Shown: positions 32,523 through 41,705 of the stretch, in pieces
Position numbering within the stretch: position 1 is the stretch's first letter
How the letters are laid out: every line of letters starts with the position of its first letter
DNA from: Candidatus Accumulibacter cognatus
GTDB taxonomy: Bacteria > Pseudomonadota > Gammaproteobacteria > Burkholderiales > Rhodocyclaceae
Direction: 5' to 3'
DNA: 64,000 bases
Assembly: GCA_013414765.1 (NCBI GenBank)
Contig: CP058708.1
Coordinates: 4,630,748-4,694,747 of the forward strand
Position numbers and translations under genes: made by a program
The notes under the pieces: generated by a model
What the model saw: the letters and a program-made list of their open reading frames with translations, nothing else
Told to the model about the DNA's origin: nothing
The model's database searches: none

Positions 32523-34284
32523 CGAGGTAATACAGGAGGTCGGCAAGCGCATCCATCGCCACTTTCAGGTCGGCGTCCGATCCCTCGGTTTGGTTTTTGA
32601 CAACTTCTATGCCATTCACCAGATCCTCGGCATCTTCCGTACCCGCCCTGGCCAGCAGTCGCTCGGCCTTTTCGATCAGGGTGCCGGCTTCGACGCGCAG
32701 GCGCCTGCGGTCGTCTGAAGGTGAAGCCTCGGTGGTAGTCGCGACGGGCTGCCTGTCGGCGCCTTCCTGCTCGCCAAACAGGCCATCGATGCGTTCCCGT
32801 GCTTCCGCCAGCTTGTCGCCGGTGAAGCGGCTGATGGCATTGTCGATGGTAATCGAATGCACCAGGCCGGTTTCCTTCTCGCGTGAAGTCACCTCCAGGA
32901 TACCGTTGACATCGAGCGAAAAGGTGGTGACCAGCGGGTTGCCGGCCGGCGCATCGCGCAAGCCATCGATGGTGAATCGCCCGATCTCGATGTTGTTCAG
33001 CGCGTCCGGGTCCTCGCCCTGGTAGACGTGGATGTCGACCTTGCTCTGACCGTCGAAAATGGTGCAGAAGCCCTCGCTCCTTGAGACCGGAATCGGTGTG
33101 TTCTTGCGAATCAGCGGCACGAAGCAGAAGGGGTACATTTGACCATTGAAATACTCGAGAGCGCTGGTACCGAAGGTGTAGGGCGTGACATCGATGAGCA
33201 CCGTCGGGGCCTGGCCGCCGGCGATCACGGCTGCCTGGATGGCGGCGCCCATTGCGACACAGAGATCGGGATCGACCTCGGCGCGCGGCTGCATCCCGAG
33301 TTCCTGCTCAAGGCGGCGCTGGACGAGCGGTGTCCGCGTGGCCCCACCGACGAGCAGGATTTCGTTGATGTCGGCGACCGTCAGTCCGGCGCCACTCAAG
33401 GCGATATGCACGGCGTCGAGGGTCTCGGCGATATACGGCTCGATCATCTCCTCGTATTCGTTGCGCGAAACTTCGACCGACAGGTGGATCGGCACGCCAT
33501 CCTTCTCGAGCAGGTACTCTTCCGAGAGCGTGGCGTAAGGTTCGCTGGAAAGGATGATCTTGGCCGCTTCCGCAGCGTGCTGCAGGCGAGCCATGGCCAG
33601 CGGATGCTGTCCGACATCGATGTCGTGCCGCTCGCGCAGATGATCGGTCGCGAAGCTGATCAGTTTCTGGTCGAAATCGTCGCCACCCAGATGATTGTTG
33701 CCGTGACTGGACAGCACTTCAACGACATCGCTCTCCAGGTTGACGACCGAGACATCGAAGGTGCCACCGCCGAGGTCATAGACCAGCGCCTTGCGGGCGC
33801 CGCTGTGGCAGCTTTCATAGGCCAGCGCCGCTGCTGTCGGCTCGTTGATGATGCGTACCACCTCCAGACCGGCGATTTCGCCGGCTTCGCGCGTCGCCTG
33901 ACGTTGGGCATCGGAGAAATAGGCGGGCACGGTAATTACCGCCTTGCCCACGGGCTCACCCAGGTGCGCCTCGGCGATGTCCCGCAGTCGGCGCAGGATC
34001 ATCGCCGAGATTTCCTGCGGGCTGTAATCCTTGCCGGCCATCTGCACCGAGGCGAACTCACCCATTCGACGCTTGATCGAACGTACGCTGCGCTCGGGGT
34101 GCAGCGCATACTGATTGCGCGCCGCCTCGCCGACCAGCAGGCTGCCGTCGTCGGCAACCCCCACCAGCGAGGGCAGAATGCGTACACCGGGTACCACCGG
34201 AATGACCTCGACACGTCCTTCACGGACGATTGCCACTTCTGAATTGGTCGTACCGAGATCGATACCGACAATGATTTCCGTCAT
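32515..34284 (-). CDS. Hsp70-family ATPase, short non-canonical HscC-like paralog (589 aa)
   Basis: IGIDLGTTNS, DLGGGTFD, ILLVGGATRTP actin-fold motifs plus a substrate-binding domain; shorter than DnaK and not in a dnaK-dnaJ context. Confidence 0.9.
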   Translation of the reverse strand: MTEIIVGIDLGTTNSEVAIVREGRVEVIPVVPGVRILPSLVGVADDGSLLVGEAARNQYALHPERSVRSIKRRMGEFASVQMAGKDYSPQEISAMILRRLRDIAEAHLGEPVGKAVITVPAYFSDAQRQATREAGEIAGLEVVRIINEPTAAALAYESCHSGARKALVYDLGGGTFDVSVVNLESDVVEVLSSHGNNHLGGDDFDQKLISFATDHLRERHDIDVGQHPLAMARLQHAAEAAKIILSSEPYATLSEEYLLEKDGVPIHLSVEVSRNEYEEMIEPYIAETLDAVHIALSGAGLTVADINEILLVGGATRTPLVQRRLEQELGMQPRAEVDPDLCVAMGAAIQAAVIAGGQAPTVLIDVTPYTFGTSALEYFNGQMYPFCFVPLIRKNTPIPVSRSEGFCTIFDGQSKVDIHVYQGEDPDALNNIEIGRFTIDGLRDAPAGNPLVTTFSLDVNGILEVTSREKETGLVHSITIDNAISRFTGDKLAEARERIDGLFGEQEGADRQPVATTTEASPSDDRRRLRVEAGTLIEKAERLLARAGTEDAEDLVNGIEVVKNQTEGSDADLKVAMDALADLLYYLDV

Positions 34285-35003
34285 GGGTTGGTTGCTTTCT
34301 TGCTGACAATGACTTCGGCGACACGCAACAGCTCGCCATTATGGAGAAACCCGCGCCTGACCTCGCGCAGGATGGTGCCATCCGGCACGCTTGACGAACT
34401 GCTAGCGGCCTCGACGCCGACCACCCGCATTCGTTGCGGATCGAGGATCTCGCCGAGCACTGGCAGCGGCCGCACCCGATGGCTGGCGAGCAGGTCGTCG
34501 AGGCGCTGCAGGGTCAGCCGCTGGCCCTCCGCCAGGCTCGCCGCGAAACGCGTCGGTCCGGGCACCAGACGCGTCAGAAACGACGACGGTGGCTTTCCGG
34601 CGGCGTCGACACCGCTTTGCAGGCGATCGCGCAGGTCCAGCAGGGCCAGCAGAAATTGCCGCTCGGTCTGCCCCTGGATCGATGCTGCCTGCTCCCGCGC
34701 TCGTTCGAGATCACGCTGCAGGCGCTCGCCGTGTTGACGCAGGTCGTTGCCAAAACCTCTTAATTCATCAAGGGTATTCTTGAACTGGCGAGATTGCAGC
34801 CGCAATTCGCTCTTCAGAACGGCCATCTCGCTGAGCAGGGTGGCCAGGTCAACCGAGGTCTCTGTATCGCCGGCGGCCTGGTCATCCGGCTCACCCGCCG
34901 GTTCGCACTCGCACTGCCTGGCCGCACGCTCGAGAGCGGCGCGGAAATCGTCTACCAGACGCGCTCTTTCCTCGGGGTCGAGGACGATCACCGGCGAGTT
35001 CAT
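34281..35003 (-). CDS. GrpE-like nucleotide-exchange-factor homolog
   Basis: Coiled-coil N-region; C-terminal ...FDP-like PLPVLGEILDPQRMRVVG...GTILREVRRGFLHNGELLRVAEVIVSK matches the GrpE beta-domain pattern (V..GY..NG.LLRPA.V.V); 4-nt overlaps on both sides. Confidence 0.65.
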   Translation of the reverse strand: MNSPVIVLDPEERARLVDDFRAALERAARQCECEPAGEPDDQAAGDTETSVDLATLLSEMAVLKSELRLQSRQFKNTLDELRGFGNDLRQHGERLQRDLERAREQAASIQGQTERQFLLALLDLRDRLQSGVDAAGKPPSSFLTRLVPGPTRFAASLAEGQRLTLQRLDDLLASHRVRPLPVLGEILDPQRMRVVGVEAASSSSSVPDGTILREVRRGFLHNGELLRVAEVIVSKKATNP

Positions 35004-35290
35004 TTCGCTCCCAGTAACCGCAGCAGCCGCCGTTCGGTGGGTGGCTGCGGGACAAAATCGCTGCTGACGGCGCTCAACAAATCATCGATGGTTGGCAGGG
35101 AACAGTCGAACAGCGCGTGCGCCAGCCGCCGATGATGGTTGCAGATCGCCTCATAGGCCGTGCGTACGCTCTCGAAGCGCTCGCGGTCACGTTCCGGGGG
35201 CGATTCGCGAATCGCCGCCAGGTAAGCGGCACGAATCGTCTCGTCAGCCGCCGTCAGGTCGACGCCAAGAATGCGGTAGGGGTCAATCAT
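35000..35290 (-). CDS. J-like domain protein lacking the HPD motif
   Basis: MIDPYRILGVDLTAADETIRAAYLAAIRESPPERDRERFESVRTAYEAI has the J-domain helix I-III pattern, but SPPERD replaces HPD; ATGATTGA overlap with the upstream TPR-like gene. Confidence 0.65.
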   Translation of the reverse strand: MIDPYRILGVDLTAADETIRAAYLAAIRESPPERDRERFESVRTAYEAICNHHRRLAHALFDCSLPTIDDLLSAVSSDFVPQPPTERRLLRLLGAK

Positions 35291-37817
35291 CGAACAGCCC
35301 TTTCTGTCGATCGTCCTGAACGGGTTGTTTTGGCGCGGTCGAGCGAGACCTCGGCTTCGGCTCCGGCAGCCCGCCCGACGGGGAAGCGGTGAAAGAAGGC
35401 AGATCGAGGTTTGCAAGGCTTTCGGCCAGCAGTTCGATCAACATTTCGGCCAGCTTTTTCCGGTTGCCGCCGGCAGCATGCTCGAGCGGACGAAACTTGC
35501 TGTCGGGGAGGATCTCGCGGGCCATGCGGATCACTTCGTTGGGTCCCCCCATCGACATCAAAAGATTGAACACCTCCCGTGGATTCGCAGGCAAATCGTC
35601 AACTAAATCGCCGAAGTCATCGTCGTCGTCGAAGTCATCCGAATCCTCGCCACTGAAATAGCCTGGCGGCCCCATCAGATCGCGGATCCGCAGCACCGTC
35701 CGTTGGTCGCCGTCCTCCAGGGCCTTCTTCAGCGCACCTTCCAGGGCCTGTCGCTCGCGCTCCGACATCGCGAAAAAAGCACCTTGGCCGTGTTTGGCAA
35801 AGGTCGCCAGATAGACAAAAAGCGGCCGCTCGGGCCAGCGCCGCAAACCGGCATCGGCGTAGGCCTGCAGAAGTGCCCGCTCTTCCCGTCTCAACAGCGT
35901 CTCGCAGATCGAGATCCGTTCGGATTCACTGAACTCGCCAGCAGCCGCGCGTTTCAGCGGCGCCCGCAGGGTGTCGAGAACGGTCCGCAGTGCCTTCGAC
36001 TCGTTGTCGCCCAGTGCGTTGATGGCGTGCATGACGGTCAGCACTTCTCGAGGCATGGGCATTCCCGACAGGTCAGGCGCTGCCCGGCGCAGTTCTCCGG
36101 CCGGCTGGCTGCCGACCCGGATGCTTTCGAGCAGAACGTGCCAGGCAGCGAGCAGCCTGCCTCCCAGTTCGCCGACGGCTTCACGCAACAGCACGGTCGC
36201 TCGCGCATCGTCGGCGCTCAGCCCGCGCAACAGCTTGCTAACGCTGCGTTCATTTGCGGTAGCGAGCCATACGTCGGCGAGGTCGAGTTCCTTGCCGGCC
36301 GCTTCCGGTCGGTGCAGCCGAATCTGTTTTCGGGCATGCGACAGGTGCGCTCGACCGATCAGCGCCCGCACCTTCGAATTGATCGGATCGAGATCGAGCA
36401 GACGTTTGGCGAGTGTCACCGCTTTCTTGAAGGCATTGCCGGCCAGTGCCGTTTCGACGGCTTCGAGCAATACTGCCGGGTCGTTGGCAAAGCGCGCCAG
36501 CGCCGTCTCGACAGACGCACGCGCTGCTTTCATATTCCGTCCCTGGCGGTGCAGGCGGATCAGCTTCAGGTGCGTGGCGCGGTCGTCCGGGTCGAGTTCC
36601 AGGCTGCGTTCGAGCCAGGAGGTGCACTCGTCATCATAGTCCGAAGCATCCTTGTCGCCGACGATCAGATCAAAGAGATGGCGAAGGATCAAGGCCGCCT
36701 GCAGCGGCGCTTCCTCCGTCGAAAACAGGCGGACAGCGTGCAACCAGTGCGATTCGCTGTGATTGATTGCACCCCGGCATTGGGCGGCGAGAGCCAGGAT
36801 GCGCTCGCTCTCTGCTTCGCCCAGTGGACCGAAAGCATTCCGGTACTCAGCAAGACGTTTTTCCGCGTAAGGCAGCAGGCGGCGACAAAGCCTGGCTGCC
36901 GTTGCCGGTAGGCCGCGGCTGCGGCGCAGCAGTAGGTCGACGACCCCGGTCGGCGTCGGAGGTACGCCATTCCTGGCCAGTGCGGCCACTTCGAGCAACA
37001 GCGGGCGCCGATTCTCCGGGCAACCCTTGATTTCCAGCAACAAGTACCGGCCCTCCTCGTCGAGATCGAGCAGAGCCAACAGCCAGCCCTTGCCCGGCAG
37101 GACGCCGGCACGAACGACCGCGGCCAGTTTCTCGAAGGGGCCGTCGACAGTCACTCGGGCGATCAGGCCGGCCGCCTGGGCAGCGTCATTGCCGACCAGT
37201 AGCAGTGCCTTGAGGATGAAGCGCAGATCACGATATGGAGAGCGAAAGGGAATACAGCGCAATTGCTCGTCCAGGTCGGCCAGATCACCCCGGCAGCAGG
37301 CGGCAATGGCTGCCTGTGCTGCCGCACGATGACGGCGCAGCGGACTGTCGGCGGCGAGCTGAGCGAGGGCGCTGTCGGGCGCGGTCAGCGCCACCGCCGC
37401 CAGACGGGTTTCCAGGTCGGCGTCGACGGTTGCCACGGCATCGCCTGTCGGCGTCAGCAGACGCAGTGCCGCGTCATGTGCGCCGGTACGCAGTAACCAG
37501 TCGAGGTAGGGGCCCTCGACCAGCGATTTGCCACACAGCGTGGAGCGGTTGCGCCAGATCACCAGCGCCTCCTGCAGCATGCTCTTGCTTGCCAGCTCCT
37601 TGGCCCGACCGGCGTAGCTCGCCGCCAAGCCGTCAAGCCATTCGGATCGACGTTCTTGCTTGAGCAGGTTCTTGTAGAGTTCGATCGCCTCACGATAGCG
37701 GCCCGCGTCGAGAACCTGTCTGGCATGTGCTTCGGGGGATACGGGAGTGCCCGCTGGCGCAGGACGCGACAGCGCTGGTCGATGCTTGCGCGACATGATC
37801 GAGAGACTTACCCGCAA
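35283..37817 (-). CDS. Large (844 aa) alpha-helical TPR-like repeat protein with an acidic DSDDFDDDDDFGD tract; first gene of the Hsp70 operon
   Basis: Repeated Leu/Ala-rich helical hairpins (TPR/Sel1-like by eye); no P-loop; coding bias consistent across the whole ORF. Confidence 0.75.
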   Translation of the reverse strand: MRVSLSIMSRKHRPALSRPAPAGTPVSPEAHARQVLDAGRYREAIELYKNLLKQERRSEWLDGLAASYAGRAKELASKSMLQEALVIWRNRSTLCGKSLVEGPYLDWLLRTGAHDAALRLLTPTGDAVATVDADLETRLAAVALTAPDSALAQLAADSPLRRHRAAAQAAIAACCRGDLADLDEQLRCIPFRSPYRDLRFILKALLLVGNDAAQAAGLIARVTVDGPFEKLAAVVRAGVLPGKGWLLALLDLDEEGRYLLLEIKGCPENRRPLLLEVAALARNGVPPTPTGVVDLLLRRSRGLPATAARLCRRLLPYAEKRLAEYRNAFGPLGEAESERILALAAQCRGAINHSESHWLHAVRLFSTEEAPLQAALILRHLFDLIVGDKDASDYDDECTSWLERSLELDPDDRATHLKLIRLHRQGRNMKAARASVETALARFANDPAVLLEAVETALAGNAFKKAVTLAKRLLDLDPINSKVRALIGRAHLSHARKQIRLHRPEAAGKELDLADVWLATANERSVSKLLRGLSADDARATVLLREAVGELGGRLLAAWHVLLESIRVGSQPAGELRRAAPDLSGMPMPREVLTVMHAINALGDNESKALRTVLDTLRAPLKRAAAGEFSESERISICETLLRREERALLQAYADAGLRRWPERPLFVYLATFAKHGQGAFFAMSERERQALEGALKKALEDGDQRTVLRIRDLMGPPGYFSGEDSDDFDDDDDFGDLVDDLPANPREVFNLLMSMGGPNEVIRMAREILPDSKFRPLEHAAGGNRKKLAEMLIELLAESLANLDLPSFTASPSGGLPEPKPRSRSTAPKQPVQDDRQKGLFDD

Positions 37818-38192
37818 TAAATCAAACTTAGATTCTACATGAAATAATCCGCTTCCCTGTCGGTAAGAATTCGTCAGCAGCCATTCTCATATTGGCCAAC
37901 CAGACCTTCTGCTTCCCCAGCGAGCGCATGGAAATCGGCAACAATTGCGAGACTTGATTTCTGAGTTTCCACCACTATTCTGTTATGGAGACATCAAAAA
38001 GCGAAGCAGGATGCTTGCTCGCTGCAAGAATGCCGCGTTTCCAGGGGGGCAACCCGTGAGTTGCGCAGTTCTTGCGATGTTGAAGGTCGTTTTTCGTCGT
38101 TTGACTCACAGCTTGCCGGGTAGACCAGCCGATAAGCGTGCGGTTTGTTCCCGTCGGCGAGCGATGGGGCAGTGTGCACAAAGGAGATTGTC

Positions 38193-38720
38193 ATGACCGA
38201 GAAGGAAAACAAATCGGAAGTGAAAGAAGAGAAGGGCGGAAAGGCTGTGGCAGTTCAGCGGGGCGCTCTCGCTCCTTTCAAGAGTTTCGAAGATCGCTTT
38301 GAGCAGATGGAACGTTTCATGGATCGCATGATGGGAGGTCTTTTCCCAGGCCGCTGGATGCGATCCTTCGAACGCGAATGGCCTGAATTTGCCGAGCTGC
38401 GGGCACCAGCGGTCGATCTGATTGATCGCGCCAATGAAATTCTGGTGCGTGCGGAATTGCCGGGCGTCAAGAAGGAGGACATTTCGATCTCGCTCACCGC
38501 GGATTCGATCACCATTCAGGCCCAGAGCAATAAGGAAGCAGAGGAAGAAAAAGGCGATTACAAGCGACGCGAGATCAGTTCGAGCGCTTTCTCCCGCTCG
38601 ATATGGTTACCCGCCGAAGTCGACTCGGATGCGGCCAAAGCGGCGTTCAAGGACGGCGTCCTCGAAGTCACGCTTCCGAAGACCGCTGGAGCCAAAGGGA
38701 AAAGCGTTCCGATCGACTAG
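38193..38720 (+). CDS. small heat-shock protein, Hsp20/alpha-crystallin family
   Basis: Alpha-crystallin domain (AVDLIDRANEILVRAELPGVKKEDISISL...GVLEVTLPK); divergent from the Hsp70 operon. Confidence 0.9.
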   Translation: MTEKENKSEVKEEKGGKAVAVQRGALAPFKSFEDRFEQMERFMDRMMGGLFPGRWMRSFEREWPEFAELRAPAVDLIDRANEILVRAELPGVKKEDISISLTADSITIQAQSNKEAEEEKGDYKRREISSSAFSRSIWLPAEVDSDAAKAAFKDGVLEVTLPKTAGAKGKSVPID

Positions 38721-38850
38721 CGGAACAGGGAGCACAGGCGTTCAAGGTCGGCGTCCTGCAAACTCAACCAGCGCAGGGGCTGATGGCGGCTCTTCTTGGA
38801 CAGCGCATTGAGAGCCCCCGTCAGTGTTGAATGATCAGGGGCGCTCAGTT

Positions 38851-39324
38851 TCAGTGATTGCGTTCGCTGGCTGGCGGCGTGCTTGCAGTCAGGTCGCGCA
38901 CTTCGGCCCTGACGTCGACGGCCTCGACTTTCTTGTCCCGGCTTTCGACCTGCAGTGTCAGCGGCACCATATCGCCCTTCTTGAGAGGCTGTTTCAGGTC
39001 GATGAGCATGACGTGGTAGCCGCCGGGTCCGAGCTGCACTGGTTTGCCAGCCGGTAGCTCAAGGCGCGGGATGGCACGCATTTTCATGACGCCGCCATCC
39101 ATCTTCATTTCATGGATTTCGGTGCTGCCGGCCGCCGGGCTGGCAGCACCGACCAGCACGGCTCCTGACTTGCTGGTGATGGCCATGAAGGCGCCGGTCG
39201 CCTGCTGGCCGCTGACCGTTCCGCGAACCCATGGATCCTTGATATCGACATCAGCGGCGAGCGCGGCCAGCGACGAGCAGTTGAGCAGCATCGCCAGCGT
39301 CACGACAGTAGGTGTAGTTTTCAT
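38851..39324 (-). CDS. copper chaperone PCu(A)C (DUF461)
   Basis: Signal peptide; H(x)M...M-rich motifs (IHEMKMDGGVMKMR) typical of PCuAC. Confidence 0.85.
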   Translation of the reverse strand: MKTTPTVVTLAMLLNCSSLAALAADVDIKDPWVRGTVSGQQATGAFMAITSKSGAVLVGAASPAAGSTEIHEMKMDGGVMKMRAIPRLELPAGKPVQLGPGGYHVMLIDLKQPLKKGDMVPLTLQVESRDKKVEAVDVRAEVRDLTASTPPASERNH

Positions 39325-39429
39325 GCCGGATTCCTTGATCGTTGAGGGAGGACGATTATAAATTCGTACCTGTGCATCTCGCTGCGACAAGATGCCGCAG
39401 TTGACCGGGTCGCTTGGCGAGAGGCGACG

Positions 39430-39852
39430 TCAAGGTTTGATGCTCCACCGTCCTTGCGCATCCTCGATCCACCAGCCGGAGTGGAACTGCTCCTTCCAGC
39501 GCCTGACCTGCGCCGCGCGGACGGCGGGCTCGTAGGCCTGGCCACCGTGCCCTTCGGCGATGGCGTAGATCAGCGAATTGCGGTCCGGGTTCTCGTTGTC
39601 GATGAGTTTCTCGGCGATCTGCCGTTGCGCCAGCGTCAGACGGCTGCCATCACGCATCTTGACCATGCCATCGTTAGCCAGCCCGATGATTCCTGCATCG
39701 TAGAAGCGGACCAGCCGCGATGCCCGCTGTGCGAGGCTGTGCTTGACGATGACCACCGGCGGGGTGCCGATGTCGAGGTTGATCGCTTCGCCGGGAGTGG
39801 CGGCAGCAGCCTGAAAGGAAAACAGTGCGAGGAGCAGGAGAAAGCGTGGCAT
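39430..39852 (-). CDS. YdbL-like periplasmic protein (DUF1318)
   Basis: Signal peptide; LTLAQRQIAEKLIDNENPDRNSLIYAIAE... is a DUF1318/YdbL signature. Confidence 0.75.
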   Translation of the reverse strand: MPRFLLLLALFSFQAAAATPGEAINLDIGTPPVVIVKHSLAQRASRLVRFYDAGIIGLANDGMVKMRDGSRLTLAQRQIAEKLIDNENPDRNSLIYAIAEGHGGQAYEPAVRAAQVRRWKEQFHSGWWIEDAQGRWSIKP

Positions 39853-39870
39853 GTCATGTTTCCTGGAAGA

Positions 39871-40452
39871 TCATTTGCCGGCCAGCAACAGCTTCAGATC
39901 GGCAGCAACGTTGGCGGACGTTTCGCCGTGGCTGACGAGAAGCCGCAGCCGCCCCTGGGGATCAAAGACATAGCTGCCCGTGGAGTGGTCGATGCTGTAG
40001 CTGCCGGGTGAACTGCCTGCATGCCTGGCGTAGAAAACCTTGAAATCCCTGGCGACTGCCGCGATGGCCGTCTCGTCGCCACGCAGGCCAATGAAACTCG
40101 GATGAAACGCGCGGGCGTATTCGGCCAATACCTGCGCCGTGTCACGTGCCGGGTCGAGGGTGACGAAGATCACCTGGACGCGGCCGGCATTGTCGCCGAG
40201 ACGGCCCAGCACCTCGCGCATCGATGAAAGCGTCGTCGGACAGACATCAGGGCACTGCGTGTAACCAAAGAAGACGATGACCACCTTGCCCTCGAAATCG
40301 GCCAGACGACGTGTCTGACCCTGCGGGTCGGTCAAGGTGAAGCCCTTGCCCCAGTCGGCGCCGGAAATGTCGGTCGATTTGAAGTTCGGCGGTTGCGAGC
40401 AGCCGGAAAACAGCAGGGTGATGCAGAGGATCAAGGTCGAGAGTATTTTCAT
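39871..40452 (-). CDS. SCO1/SenC-family copper chaperone (thioredoxin fold)
   Basis: Lipoprotein signal (LFSGCS); CPDVCP metal-binding motif; conserved His downstream. Confidence 0.85.
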   Translation of the reverse strand: MKILSTLILCITLLFSGCSQPPNFKSTDISGADWGKGFTLTDPQGQTRRLADFEGKVVIVFFGYTQCPDVCPTTLSSMREVLGRLGDNAGRVQVIFVTLDPARDTAQVLAEYARAFHPSFIGLRGDETAIAAVARDFKVFYARHAGSSPGSYSIDHSTGSYVFDPQGRLRLLVSHGETSANVAADLKLLLAGK

Positions 40453-40783
40453 GGTGGTCGCGAGCAACCTGGATGCAGGTTGGTCATTGTCGCTCATTCC
40501 GGGCTCGCTGCGGCAGACAGGCAAGATTTGCCGGCTAATTCTATTCCTTTCGGCCCCCAAGAGATGTGGCCACTGGCGCGGACTGCTGCATAATCGCTGG
40601 CAGTCGCCGTCTTCGTGAAGTATAGTCCGTAGGCTGGTTTGGCCAACAGGGCGCAACCCGACAGCCCGAGGCAAAGAATGCCGGGTTACGCAGCGCTGAC
40701 CTGACCTGACGAGGATTGGCGGTAGTAAAAACAAGGGCTGAGAGGCACTTGTCGCGACCCGTCCCGGAATCAATTTTTGGAGG

Positions 40784-41423
40784 CGAGAGACCTATGCAGC
40801 AGGCTGACTGGTATTTCGATTTCATCTCGCCCTACGCCTATCTCGGGCTGATCCGTCTCGGTGAACTGCCGCCGGATCTCGAGATTGCCTACCGGCCGGT
40901 GCTCTTCGCCGGTTTGCTGAATCACTGGGAGCAGAAGGGACCCGCCGAGATCCCGCCCAAACGCTCGTGGACCTATCGCTCCTGTAACTGGTGGGCGGCC
41001 AGGCTTGGCATTCCGTTTTGCTTTCCGGCCGCGCATCCCTTCAATTCGCTTCCCTACCTTCGCCTGGCGATTGCTGCCGGAGGCACCGCACACGCCGTGC
41101 GCAAGATCTTCGAGGCCTTGTGGACCACCGGCGCCGATCCTTCAGACGCAGAGCAGGTCGCTGCACTGGCGCGTTCGCTGGCAGTCGATCCGGAGGAACT
41201 GTCGCGGCAGGAAATCAAGGATGCCCTGAAGATGGCAACCGAACATGCCATTGGCCGCGGCGTCTTTGGCGTGCCCACGCTGGATGTCGGTGGCGAGCTG
41301 TTTTGGGGTGCTGACGCCACCGATTTCGTGAAGGCCTTTCTTGCCGACCCCGGCATCCTGAGCACCGCCGAGATGCAGCGCCTGGCGGCCCTGCCGGTAG
41401 GCGCTGCGCGCATACCGCTCTGA
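40784..41423 (+). CDS. 2-hydroxychromene-2-carboxylate isomerase / DsbA-like thioredoxin-fold protein
   Basis: ADWYFDFISPYAYLG N-terminus and GVFGVPTLDVGGELFWGAD C-region typical of the HCCA-isomerase family. Confidence 0.8.
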
Positions 41424-41452
41424 TTCGATCCGGGCGATTTTCAGAAACCACC

Positions 41453-41647
41453 ATGGCCTCCTGGGGCTGCCCCCACGAAATCGATGGCAAGTGCGCCAGG
41501 CTCAATGAGCTGGTCTGCAACCCTGGAATGAAAGGCTGTGTACTCGCCGGACGCTACTTCTTTCTGAGCAGCGACGACAAGAACCGGCGTTTGCGGGAGA
41601 AGCAGGAACGGACGGGCAAGGAGGAGGGCGGCGAGCCGACGGACTGA
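41453..41647 (+). CDS. small Cys-containing hypothetical protein (64 aa)
   Basis: ORF with 4 Cys (C6, C14, C22, C29) and a charged tail; no recognisable family; coding status uncertain. Confidence 0.3.
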   Translation: MASWGCPHEIDGKCARLNELVCNPGMKGCVLAGRYFFLSSDDKNRRLREKQERTGKEEGGEPTD

Positions 41648-41705
41648 CTTGTCCGGAAGAGCCGGCTCCTTTCTGTGCCTCGTTCGAAGCCTGCCCTCCG
41701 GGAGA

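Noticed and set aside
33139-36911. Plus-strand ORFs (367 aa, 402 aa, 222 aa) opposite the Hsp70 and TPR-like genes
   Set aside because: Antisense shadows. The minus-strand genes carry clear Hsp70 and helical-repeat signatures and form a coupled operon.
38081-38190. sigma32 promoter upstream of Hsp20
   Set aside because: TTGAAGG is present at ~38081, but no convincing CCCCAT-type -10 element at the proper spacing. Left as an open question rather than a feature.
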